DNA of 64,000 nucleotides from assembly GCA_030390025.1 (NCBI GenBank), contig CM059439.1, positions 45,632,001-45,696,000 of the forward strand. The letters are read 5' to 3'. The position numbers and the translations under genes were made by a program. Below, piece by piece: positions 14,160 to 26,800 of this stretch. How positions within the stretch are numbered: position 1 is the first letter of the stretch; each line of letters begins with the position of its first letter. A model generated the notes under the pieces. It was given only the letters and a program-made list of their open reading frames with translations. It made no database searches and had not been told where the DNA came from. This DNA is from Squalus acanthias (lineage: Eukaryota).

Positions 14160-17100
14160 CTATTAAGCAAACAAATGAAAAAAATTTGAAAAATCAAGAG
14201 ACATTTCACTTAAATAACAGATTTAATTCAATACCATTGTATACTCAGACCAGCGCAGTATTTTGTTCGAAGCTTGACTTAGAAAAATTTATGCCATGTA
14301 CAGTGAGTATTCTTTGTGTGGAACAGTCAGAAAGATGCCGACGGCGTAACTGAAAGCACCCATGTAGGTAACGTCCAAAACACTTGCCAATATTCAAGAC
14401 GCTCCCTGCGTGTGCTCGGTTTGTTTATGAAGAGCTTTCCCAAAACAGTAGAGAGAAGGATCCCTCGACTAAAGCATGGGTGCTTTCATTAACCTTCGCC
14501 AGCTTTAAAAAAAATGCAGATCTCTTCACTCTCCGTCCCCAACCCCTTTGCATGTGGTGTAGCCAGCATGAGCCCGCCTATTTGGCAAATTCCACACACT
14601 AGAATGCCAATCAACGGCTCGTACGAGGGGGCTTTGTGCAAAGCAAGGGAGGATAACCCCCCCCCCCCCTCCACAAGATGGTTTCAAACACAGCAAGTCT
14701 GTACAGTCAGAAAAAATCTGCATATTCTTCATTGTGAATTCATGCTATTTTCTCAAGAAATGTCACATTGAGCTGTGCCCTTGTGAAAAAAAATAAAAAA
14801 TAAAAACACTCTTACACATTATTTGGTGCTCTATCCAGATGATGCCAAATAGGAAGTATTGGATACTTTATTAATAAGTAGTTTGTTTGCAATCCTTATT
14901 CAGTGATGTGATAAAACAAATTCCGCCCCCCCCCCCCAACCAATAAATACTGTAAATTCAGGCAGGGAACTGTGATTGTTATCAACCTTTGAAATACAGT
15001 TTTCAATCAATAATATTAAAGTGACTGAGGCAAACTGATATTTAACTACTCACAGTGATTACAGCATAAACAACAACAAAGCAAGTAGCCCCAGCTGATT
15101 GTACACTGTTAAATACTTATTTTTATATATTGCATATCATGTTATTTTACATTTACAATTAACTAATCAAAGCCAAACATGCTGATAAACAACTGTAAAT
15201 TGAAAATAACAAAACACACGTATACATAAAAACCTAAAAAAGAAAATGAAAAAAAAAATTCTGAGCACAAATGCCATCTGTCTTTTTCTTTTGTTTAAAC
15301 CAAATGCTGCATAAAGTGTTTTTAAACAAAACAAGGTAGCATCACTTTTACGATGACAAGCACACAAAGTTTAATTTAACGGCAGAAAAATATATTTTTG
15401 AAATGGGGTGCATTTTACATTCTCTATGCTGAATAAAGTTGTGCATTTCCATTGTATAAACGAGGCCATAGCTGTACAGGCTGGAAGGGATTTTGCTTAA
15501 TGAAATAAATTAATGAAAAAATGTTGCATTGGTGGGAACATTTAGAGGATTTTTAGATTAAAGTGAATTTTCATTTACCAACCTTTCTCCAGCCACACGA
15601 CATCTGGCCTGTAATTCTTCAAGCTTAACTGAATTCCTTTACTACAATCATCTACACGTAGGTAACAATCTGTCCTGTAAAGGAGATTTTCAAACTGCCA
15701 AAACAAATAATGAAGCTCAAATTTATTAAGTGTCTACCCTAAGCAGATATATGCTTCTTCCTATAGTATCTCAGAGATTGGGGAGAGAAAGGACAGGACA
15801 ATCCATTTCTTCTGGGGCATAATTTAAAATCAATTGACTCATTTTAACAAATTATTTTCGAAGTTTTAAAGAGTTAATGTAGCTGTTTCTTTTTTGCGTC
15901 AGTCTAAACTTTTTGTTCTAAAATTCCTTAAGTTAACCTCTACCATATGATTTAACTTGGATAAAGTATAATAAAATAGCATGGAGATAAAAATCTCTAC
16001 AGATATAGTTTCATCTTATGCCATTTTACTCTAGTGAATTCAGATTAATTCGATTCCGCACTAAAATGCCGATTGCAAATATGGCACAAATCGCCAACTC
16101 TAGAATTCATTCCAAGGTAAAGACTCACTCCTGACAGAAGTGCGTTTATGGAGTGAACATGGACATAGTAGAGCTGTGGATGAAAACCTAGAGTCAGTAT
16201 TTGACCTTGGCTGCGTGTATGCTTGGAACAAGGGATGCCAGTGTGGTGATACTATGTCACCACATTGGTGTCCTTTGCTGTGGCCTCCAGATGCCACAAG
16301 TTCAGATCTGATCTCTGTTGCGTTGTATCTGCAACAGAACTCAGACCCATAAACCCACTTGCAGTGGGGAGGGGTAAAATAAAACATTTGCTAAATAAAA
16401 ATATCTTAGCAACAACTTTGAAAAATATGAATTATTACTTAAAAGTTTAAAATATAGCAGCTGATTGACTTAAGGAAATTTACTGTGTGGATTATTGTAA
16501 GATTTAAACATTCTGAGCAAGGTACTTTATAATGTTTTGCAGTCTATTGCACATGTACATTTATGTTTTAATCCAGTCAGAAGCCGACTAGTTTCATAGA
16601 TTCTTGCATCGACTTTATATTGGAAATCATCCAATGTACAGTTTCCCTGCTCTACCTCAGAGCTAATTCAGAAAAGAAGCTTTAATCTACTTTAACCCAA
16701 TGTCAGCGTCAATCCTAAATCTTCCACATTGCCTGACAGCTTTCCTTCTCAATCTCAATGTGGAATTAAGATACTTAACTTTTGCTGCAAAAAATCAGAT
16801 CAAAAAACAAAAATGATAAGTTATAGTAAGCTGAACTCTGCAGTAATAAGAAAAGTGCACAGGCTGAGAGTTTTAGTTGTCATTGGTATATTTACTCTGC
16901 TGCAGTCACTCCTTATATCTACAAATCAAACAGCCATGAAAAGATTGGGGTATTAAATGCCTGTAGCAGTTAAATTACATTTTGTAAATTGAAGCTAGTT
17001 TCCATTACAGGAACCTACAACACTGGGGTGCAGAATGTGTTGAGCTGCATTTTTTTTGCTAATTAAATGATCAAAAAATCAATTATATTTTCTCCTGGTT

Positions 17101-18779
17101 AAAGTCTGTTTTCCCCTTTGCATTTTTTTTTAATGAAGGCCCCAAGTTTGAGCTGATTTCTAAATATTCGACACATTTGGAGGCCAAACCACTTAGTTCC
17201 TTAAGTGACAATCAGTGAAGTTGTGGTTTTGTTGTGGGTCTATTTTCATATAAACCTCAGCACTTCACTCCAGTGCAGCAAGCACGTCCTTCTTTTGGCA
17301 CTGCCACATCAATTAGTGTATACTGTATAAAACGAAGAAGCAAACAGAATAAGCACCAATTTTCCTTTAAGTGGTTGAAAACTTTGCATACTTACATTAT
17401 GGCTCTGATAATTAGACTATTTTATTGTTTACAAACAACAGTCTCTTTGAGCGCTGAAAATCAAATTCTCCACTCAGCACCATTTAACCTTCATGTTTTT
17501 CCACATTTTTCTTTTTGCCGTTAATTTATTAAAACAATCTAGTGCATTTTTAGATCATTCTATGCAGTTCTTATTCTTTTGCATGTGTGATTTTTTAATA
17601 TTTAATTGGTTCTGCCAGGGTAACAGTAAACAGAATCCATTTAAAAAGTCTGTAAAGTTAAATTTTAAAAATATTATTGACAGTGATTCAAACTTACATA
17701 TTACTAGCACCTATGTTTTTTTTCTTATTGAAATATCCTGTCAAAAATATGTAGATCGATTGACCCGTCCTTTTCTGTTCTGTGCTGTGTAATGATGATT
17801 GCACTAATTGCCTCTTAATTTAAAAGGATTCAAATAAAATTTCAATTTCAATTTCCTTCTCATGGAGATTTAAAAAAAAAATCTTATTATAAAGCAGGTT
17901 CCTCAAAGTATTTGTTATTAAAATAACTCACAGGGTGGTTGGGGAGAGGGTTGCATCGGAGGGGCTCCATAACTAAATTACTTGCAGTTAACTACTCCAT
18001 TGTTCAAAATGATATAAAGCCAGAAACTATGTTGAAATGTAATAACACTGTGTATAACATTAGAAATTAGGGATTTCTTATGCATTAAATGGATACAAAA
18101 AAATACAAAATGCTTTATACATACAGCTTATTGAAGATTCAGTAGAACTTAGATTAAACTTTTATTTCAATTTAAAAATATTGACTAACTCTAACTTTCT
18201 ACTAAGTGCAAAACATAGAATAATTTAATGTGTTTTTGTGTCCTTTTCAAGCAATGTGTCCTTTAAAGCCAACTTTAGAAATCTAAAGACCAACCGTTAC
18301 TTCAAGGTGATCACATTGACTTTATGTTGCCGTTGCTGTAAAAAAGTCAGTAAAACACAATCCGAACCTTTTCTATAGGCAGTTTAATAGGTTAAAAAAA
18401 GTTTCGGTAAAGGTCTTGATGCTGCCCCCTCACCCACACAAAGAAAGTTATTAATTGATATTAAAGTAGATTCACAGAAACATTGCAAAGATTGGCCATT
18501 GCTGATGAAGCTTTAAAACTTTTTTTTAAAAGCACTTGCACGTGATTTTAAAGAAGCAGACTGGCTAGCAAAGGTTCATTAAAAACTGTTATAGTGATAT
18601 TATCGGAAATAACGTTATTTTCAAAAAGAATTTCTATCAGTTGCATACATATATAAAATCAGCGATCCTCAATCTACTTTATGGGATTTTTTTAACCGAA
18701 TGTGTTGAATTATCCTGGGTTAAATATCCTCCGGTATATAGAAGTATAACATAAAGCAGATTTCAAAGCAAAACCGCAA

Positions 18780-20890
18780 TCTGGAAACTTGAGTGAAAAG
18801 AGGAGAAACACGGCACGCCAGCAGACAGCGCTTCCACGGGGGAAGCCCCGACTTTTTAGCACTCATAGAAGTAGCGACAATAAAACCACACTCAAAAGTA
18901 TAAACCTTTACGGTCGCTGACAGAACGGTAACAACTTGCCGAGAGCACTGACATTGCTGGGGGGTGGGGGGAACAAATCAAGATAATTAGGAACTCGAAA
19001 AGGAAGCCGATCACGTCCCAAACCACAATGCCCGCAACCCATCTGCTCGCAGTGTTTGCAGAACTGCTGCAGAAAGTTCAAGCTTTTCGCCCTCCCAAGA
19101 AAAGTAACTTGACGTGAGGACACTCCACACCTGACGGCATCTCAGTGCACGGCAACAACAACAAAAAAAAACTCTGCCCTTCAAATACACCTCAGCTTGA
19201 AAAATCAGAATTTAAAAAAAAAGCCAGCAAAGCGAGCGGAGTACTTGCCGAAATCAGTGGGAAGGCGGTGCAATATGGTGAGGAAGCATCAACGGAATTG
19301 TTATCAAAAATATTAAAATCAAACTTCCGCGCACCGCTGTTGTGAGTAAACTCCATACCTTACAGTCATAACAAAAGCGTGATTCCCCATCGCTTGCCTC
19401 CCCCCACTCCCCCCCCCCCCAAAAAAAATACAGCAGTGATCGCGACACTTTGCTGGCTTTGAAAAGTCTGAAGAAATGCACCGCACCTCTTTAAAAGCCG
19501 CTCTTGGAAAATATGTTTTGCAAATAATTAAAAAATTACAGTCAAAAAAAAATAATAAATATTAATACGTATCCGCCATTAGCCATGTGCCTCAATGGGG
19601 CAGATCGCTGAGCCCAGTCACTGAGCTGAGAGGCAGCAAGAGACAGCAGGCATGAAAAACAGAAAAAAAAGTTTAATAAAAAACCATGACGGGCTCTAAA
19701 GGGATACAAATGTTGCAAAAATGTATCCTACCTGGGTGAGACAGAGCGGAGAGTACATTATTGTGGCGGTGCTGGTGGTGGTGAGAGGAAAAGCCGGCTT
19801 TCACATTTCAGTCTCGAACTGAAGCCAGCTCTCTTCTCCATCCTGAACTTTAACCCCGCCTATAGTTACTATATAGTCAACATCCCAACTCTCCCTCTCT
19901 GACACTCGGGGCGCCGCTCCTCATACACCTTCCCCTCCCTCCCTCCCTCACACCTTATTTTATTTTTTTTCGCCCACTCTCGGGTTGCTTTCTACAGCTG
20001 CAATCTCTCTCGATATATAATATAAAAAAAGTAGTCACCCTCCCGGGCTGTCAGTGAGCGAGCCCCCGGTCCTGCGCTAGTTTTCTCCGACCGATACTGG
20101 ACTACACCCCTCTCTGTCGCTGCGCCGCTCTCACGGCCACAAGAGCACCGCTTTCCCTTTCCCCTCTCTCTTTTCCAAACAACCCCCGGCTAAAGCTGGA
20201 TCCACCATCCTTGAATAAATCCGCTCCCCTTCCCAGCAAAACGGCTCTGCGTCAACACACGAATGCAGCAGGAAAGTCTGGCTGGAAGCGGCGGCTAGTG
20301 TGGGTGCCCACAATGAACTTGGACTTGGACGTGTGAAAGACTGAGCGAATTTATTTCTCGTCGCCCTTTCAGGAAAAGAAATCCTTCTCAGCCGCCGCGA
20401 ATTTTATAAAAAGTTAGTCAGTGTGCAACTTTGTTCTAAATAAATTATGGAGTGATTTTTTTTAAACTGCATTAAACAAATCAGCAATATATTTAATTGT
20501 TTCCCTGCACCAAAGTTAGTTGGGGAAAATGAATTGGGATTTTTTTCCCCCGCCCCCATAAAGTCCGTTTGAAAAATCCATGAAGATGATTTGTGGTACA
20601 TCGGGCTTTGGCGCCTTTTTTTAACAACAGTAAATGGCAATACATAACTAAGAATCATGTGTCTGTGTATTGGGAGGGGGGGTTAATCGCGTCACCTAGT
20701 CGAATGTCACGTCCACGATTCCTCCGCCCGGCTGTCGCTCATTGTTTGACATTTTCTTTGCCTGCGCTAGTGACCCATATGTAACAGAGTGAATAGTAAA
20801 CGATCGGCCGGCCAGCGCGCATGCACCCTTACTGCAGCGCACTCTGGGCCTTGTAGTCTTTGCTCCTGTCCACTGCGCAACTCCAGTTAA
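18780..20890 (-). promoter_or_regulatory. CpG-rich NFIA promoter / exon 1 region
   Basis: High CpG density around exon 1. TATA-like TATATAG on minus at 19869-19875, with an Inr-like TTCAG about 30 nt downstream and a GC box GGCGGGG between them. CRE/E-box-like GTGACG and GACGTG at about 20690-20715. Confidence 0.75.
19732..19758 (-). CDS. NFIA: NFIA coding part of exon 1 (MYSPLCLTQ)
   Basis: Minus strand reads ATG TAC TCT CCG CTC TGT CTC ACC CAG|GTAGG. Phase 0 joins exon 2 to give MYSPLCLTQDEFHPF, the known NFIA N-terminus. Confidence 0.96.
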
Positions 20891-22699
20891 GAGCAATAGA
20901 TGAGGCAGTAGATAATATCACAACTTGGAGAAAACAGCACATTTTAGTGCCTCGTGTTGTGAGCTTTTCTGTTCACCTACATATCCATATATCTCTACAG
21001 AAATATACATGCTTTGTGAAGTGTGTTTTCTTCTCCCATGTACAATATATATATATATTTAATTAGTCTCAAGGTATTTCATCTGTTGAAAAAGGGGGCC
21101 TTAGCAGCATGGTGAAATTGTCAAGAATGGATTGGGTGCAACTCTGAATTAAAATCACAAATCGAAACCAGAATTGAAATACAGGAGGAATGAAAACAGA
21201 TGACACAAGGTTAGGAACTCATCACAATGCACAATATTCCAACATGTTGCAACCATAACCATACTTGTTATCCTTTAAACTTTTCACTATGTTAGCAACT
21301 TAGCAATAACTTGAAAACACAGCACGGATTCTTTTCAGTGGCACGTGTTAAGCATTTAAGTTAATGTTATCGTGGGGTTTCAAGACTCCCCATTCAAAAG
21401 TTATCATATACTAATTTTAAATATTTTGAATTTGATAGGCCAACACGTGTATTGTATCTTCAAAGGACATTGGTAGGACGTCCACATATAAGTTTTATTC
21501 TAGTGACACTTAGAAACTCAATACTCAACATATATATATATATATATATTAAAAAAAGTGAATATACTGTATTTCTACAATGTTAAGATAATGCAAAGCA
21601 CAGTATGGGACGGTCAGTAGAATGGAATGTGGCTGCTCTCCAGCAATGGAGAAAGCGGCATGTACAAAGCGTTTTATTTCAGTGAATTCACACCACCTTC
21701 CTTTACAAAGAGAAATTCATAATACCCATCATTTCCACGCTTGAAGCATATAAAACATATACAAGTCGACGTAAAACAGATACATCATTCTTCTACACTA
21801 TGAATTACTACTCCACTGCACTTTAAAGGTGAATCATTCCGAGGACTACTTTTTTTCCAATTCTTGAGCTCACTTGCTGCAGAAATCCCTATGGCTATAG
21901 TCGCGTATTTGAGCGTCATAACTTAAAACCTCACAAAATCGTTTTATCTAAAAATATGCAACATTGCAGCAGTTCTCATCCAAACATTTCAAAGATTTCC
22001 ACTGCCCCACGCCTGACGGGACCCTCCCTCCGAACGCAGAGAAAGATATTTACAGTCTTGTTTTCCGATCAGAATCCCTGATCTGAGACCTTTAGATACA
22101 GCAACGCTGCAAATTACTGGCATTTTAAAGCCTAGCATGCCAACACAATGTATGGGCAACATTCACACGAGATTACTAGAAGGGATATTGGCAAATAGTT
22201 TAATTACATGTATATTACGTATAATTGCAAACGTTATATATACAATTAAATGTCAGCTTTTGCCACTGTGCAGCGTTTGTACTTCTGGATTGCTTTTGAG
22301 AAAGTTCTATGATACTTCAAGAAACGTTTAGATAAATAAATGATCCTTCGAAAATAGATTCAATATCTCCTAGGATTTAGATTCAATTTTACATAATATC
22401 CAGATTTAAAGAAACATCATTACGGCTAGTTGTCTTAAAAACACAGTGCAACTCATTTAATCCGTGAAAAATCTCACCTCATTTAGCATAATTACAGTTA
22501 CGAGGGAAAAGCATTCTTAACTTTTGCAAGGATGAACGCTTTATATAAAAGGCATTCCAGTGTGTTTTTGTCACATAATGTATACATTGCAATATATTTT
22601 ATAAAAGTATAAAATGGTATGCACTTTATATACTATTTATCCTTAGTAAATACTCATTGATCCAGCTATACTGTACATAGCTGAACTACAGTTCCCAAG

Positions 22700-23800
22700 A
22701 TACCCTTCCCACAGTCTCCTATTGCATTTACACCTAACTTGATAGCGGAAGCCTCGCCTTTCTACGCACTGATTGGCGCAGTGCAGCGTTGAGGAGGTCA
22801 ATGAAAGTTTCGATTGGTAGAACGAGCTGCCTATCATGTCGGGTCAAGTTCACATCTCTAGTTCGGCTGACCGTTAGGAGAAAAGGTTTTTGAGACCGAG
22901 TCACACGTCTCGACAGAGCGAGCGCGCAACGTTATATTTTTTTTGCCTTCTCTTGGATCAGGCAAGCGACGGGGGAAATTTGCCAAGCTCAGCGCTTTCC
23001 AAGCTAAAAGCAGCAACCCAGTCTTGGCGCAATAAATTGACATATTCCACATGGACACAAACTGGAACCGGCGTGAATAAAAAGACATCCTGTCATCAAT
23101 TACCAGGCTGAAACATTATTAAATATACTTTAAATATAATATATCCCTGTTAAATCTTATTTTGCATTCAAGTTTAGAATATCTATTAAAATCATAATTA
23201 AAAAAATAAAGTTCATTATGTATCACGTACCATTGCCATGTAAAGAGTACGTGAGAAACTTTAAATTGTTCAGACGTTTAGCTTCATTTGTTGTCGCCTT
23301 TTTTGTTGCTATTTTTTGGTTTTAATATATAAACTGGGAACCGTTGCAAACCGGAAGCGAAACCATGCAAAAGCCACTGCAAAAAAAAAGTCGGCGAGTG
23401 ATGCCTGAGGTTTTTTGTTTCCAAAGAAGAAGCCCCTTTGAAAGCGTTCCAAGATCGCTCCCAGCTCTCTGGCTCTGTGTTGGTAGCGAAAGAGCACTTT
23501 TGTGGAGCGCCCTGAGAAGTTGCAATCGATTTGCAGTCGTTACTGTTTATTTCCGCATCGGTATTTGCATAGAAACCACGCACAGAGGCGACCGCACGTC
23601 CGACCAATCGGCTTCCAGAATCCCGGGAGACGTGAGTCGCGCGAGCGTCTGGCCTGGGATTCCATTCCCAGGCCAAGGGTCTGTTCCTACACCGATACGG
23701 TCCGGACGGTGTGAAGCTTCTTTCATTTTATATGTATATACAGAAGGCATTTGTAATCTGCTGTGATTTTTTTTGAATAGCAAGCGTAGGTAAGCACATA
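22700..23800. promoter_or_regulatory. Second CpG-rich promoter/enhancer-like block upstream of NFIA
   Basis: Dense CpG; CCAAT boxes (ATTGG near 22773 and 22813, CCAAT near 23604); ETS-type CCGGAAG at 23351-23357. Confidence 0.5.
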
Positions 23801-26800
23801 TGAAAGACGATTGTTTTCTTTGTAAAGTGCAGGATTTGTGTGTATTCCTCCATCCGGTCATTTGCTTGTGCGGTTCAACAGATCTCGTCCTTTTTCTGTT
23901 TAACTTATTTTACAACAAAAATGGTCCATATACGCATTATACATATGCATAAAGTGTTTTTTAAACATATGTATTATCATTGCAAATAAAAATAAGCAAT
24001 CTGCTAACCTAGAAAAGTAGGTATGGGCCGAGGAATATTACTGGTATATACTGATCATTGTACGCTTTGTGAAGGAGCTTTTATGAAAAAGAGCATTTAC
24101 CAGAGCTGATGTACTCAAATGGCAACAGTTACTACAGAAGCACTATAGAAAAAAGCACTATAACTTTAAATGTCTTTTTTACAAGGTTGACACTGATACT
24201 AAGAGAATGAGAGTTTTCTGAATTTGAAATAAACTGCTTTTTCTCTACCTTGGCGCGTTTTATGTGTGAACACATTTGTTTTGGGAACATAATTATTAAA
24301 CAACATTTTAACCTTAGTGTGGTAACTTTAACATGGTGTATTCTATTAAATTATTCAATAAAGATTGTGTTTCAAAGAATGTTGTCTTTTATTATACTAT
24401 TTCTATTAGGTAGCAAACACTCACATTCCGCTGCTTAATTTGTTATTTGAAACAGGTCTTGTATTATTCACGTACATATTAATAACGATACCTTTTGCTT
24501 TTATGAATACACCTGAATTTTTTTTTCAAATTTTACTGGGATTATCATTAAAGATAAAAATATGTTTTAAAGCTATTTATATATATATATAAATAAATGT
24601 GGTAGGTTAGATAATCAACGTGAATCAAATACTCTATTTTGAGTCGGTGATCATATATACACACATTTTAATAATGTAATTGCACACCAACTGAATGAAA
24701 TAGACGTGGTTGTATCACCAATTTCCGTCTCTACTAATTAAGCCTATAAACAACATCATGGTAGTGCAGGCTTGATAAGTTTATTTTAAATTTTGTGTTA
24801 TCACAACCTGTGAGATTCTGCTTTCGTTCGACACAGTCATGGATCGACAGCAAATTGGCAAAAAGAAGCATGAAAAGATAATCATATACAGTACTTCAAA
24901 CCTGTTCAGGAATGCACCGATTTATTTTTAATCGTCATTTTCTGGTAAATGTATTACCCGCCTGGATATATGTGTACAGATCATATGCTGTGTTGTTCGA
25001 CCAATAAAATGCTTGCACTTATGGTATAAGGCGTGTGGGAACTGAAGGCACCGTGCGGCCGAACACATTTTCGGGTATGACACAAGTAATAAATATGGAA
25101 CTACATAGCTGCAAAGGATGCTCATGAACGTCTGTAACATTTAAAACATTTTAACCATGGACGTGCGAGCTTTTTGTAATTTACATTGTTTTACTTTAAA
25201 TTGAGAGATTGAATATATTTACATAGATTAATAGCATATACAAAATAATAGACACTGAAATTAGACTCATATTGCATTCAGCTGCAATCAAATAGCATAT
25301 ACATCCTGGACAACCTAATTGCACCAATCATATTCCAAACTCTAATCAAGCTCAGTTTGTGTATTGATTAAATGAAGAAAGGCACAATTTTTTATGCACA
25401 CCATATGGAGGTACCACAAAAAACAGACCTAATGCAGTGTTATATTTGACACACTTGCTTTCATCGCTGCACTTGTTAAGCAGTTGCTGGTAAACGTTAT
25501 TGATTTTCCCATAGATTTTTATTTACATTTCGGAACAGTTTCACAAACGTGTAAAAATGAAAGGTATACTTGTTTCCCTCTTGCCGGTTACAAGTCAATC
25601 CAGCCACAATTGCGGCACTCAGGAATACATTTGATCCGTTGTCTAGCGTCTTTAAAAAGGTTCCCACTGCAGATACACTGCAGTCTCGATCAACAACAGC
25701 AGCAGCCAGCAAGCACCCAGAGGAACTTCGGAAAATACAGTATATCGACCACCGTCATTATGCTGATTTATGAAGACAAGGCTCTCAGGGGTTCCGCCGC
25801 TCCTTATTTCAGCAGTGCCATGTCGGCATTAATCAGATATCTGATTTTTTTTTAAATTGAATAATCTCTGACGCCGAGGCGATTGCGGTGTATAAGAAAA
25901 TGATCCGGCTCGTTATAAACAAGGCAGTGTTAAGTGGAAAATAAAGTCTCAACAAAACTAGACGCCGCGACAGCACGTACAAAGCGAGCTGACGTTTACT
26001 GAAAGTGATCACAATGCAAAATCTGCCCGGTATTTAAAAAAAAACAAACACAACATTGATTCATCCTAATGCAAGGAATCGGCGTATTTTTCCTAATTTA
26101 TATGAATACATGTCACTTGCGGAAATGTCCGTATAGATTTGGCGCTGGAGATAATGATCTGAAGACATTCCAGAACAGGGAGTGAGAAAGAGAAAGTCTT
26201 TGTATATTTTTTCTGCCGGTCTTTGCAAAACCTTAATGCTAAGATCCCAGATCTGGTGTTAACACAGTGCAGGACCACAACTAGAGGGCTCTAACGGCAA
26301 CAACAAAAAAGTGATTTACTGATTTTGCAAAATGTTGCGAGAGTTGAATGCCCTCCCCCAGTTACAATGGTGCACTCCACCGTGTCGCGATATTTTTTTG
26401 TCCTTTACTGTCGCAACGTTTTGCTTTACTCCCGAAATAGTGAACTTAAAACTAGAATCACTGCTTTTCTGAAGCAACGGTTGAAAAAAAGACTATATTA
26501 AAAAAAAAGTTCTTTACTATGTTCTTCCTTCTTTCTCACTCTTGCAGCACCCGTATGGAGCGCATTCGAGGGATTTCTTGCTAAAATGGAGTCGAGAGCC
26601 CAATAAACATTCACAAATTCCCTTTCATTCTCATTTAGATTTTGAAATATATCACCACGATAATGATAGACATGAAGCTGTTTACAATCATAAGGCGATT
26701 TACTGAAGCAAATAAGGGATATATATATATATATATGTATGTAGATTCCTAAAGAGGAGGACTGCACCATTAATTTAAATGTTAGCCAGCAAGTTCAACA

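Noticed and set aside
25570-25596. Plus-strand MFPSCRLQ resembling a recalled NFIX alternative N-terminus (MLPACRLQ)
   Set aside because: Wrong strand for NFIA, TTG start and poor donor; most likely coincidence.
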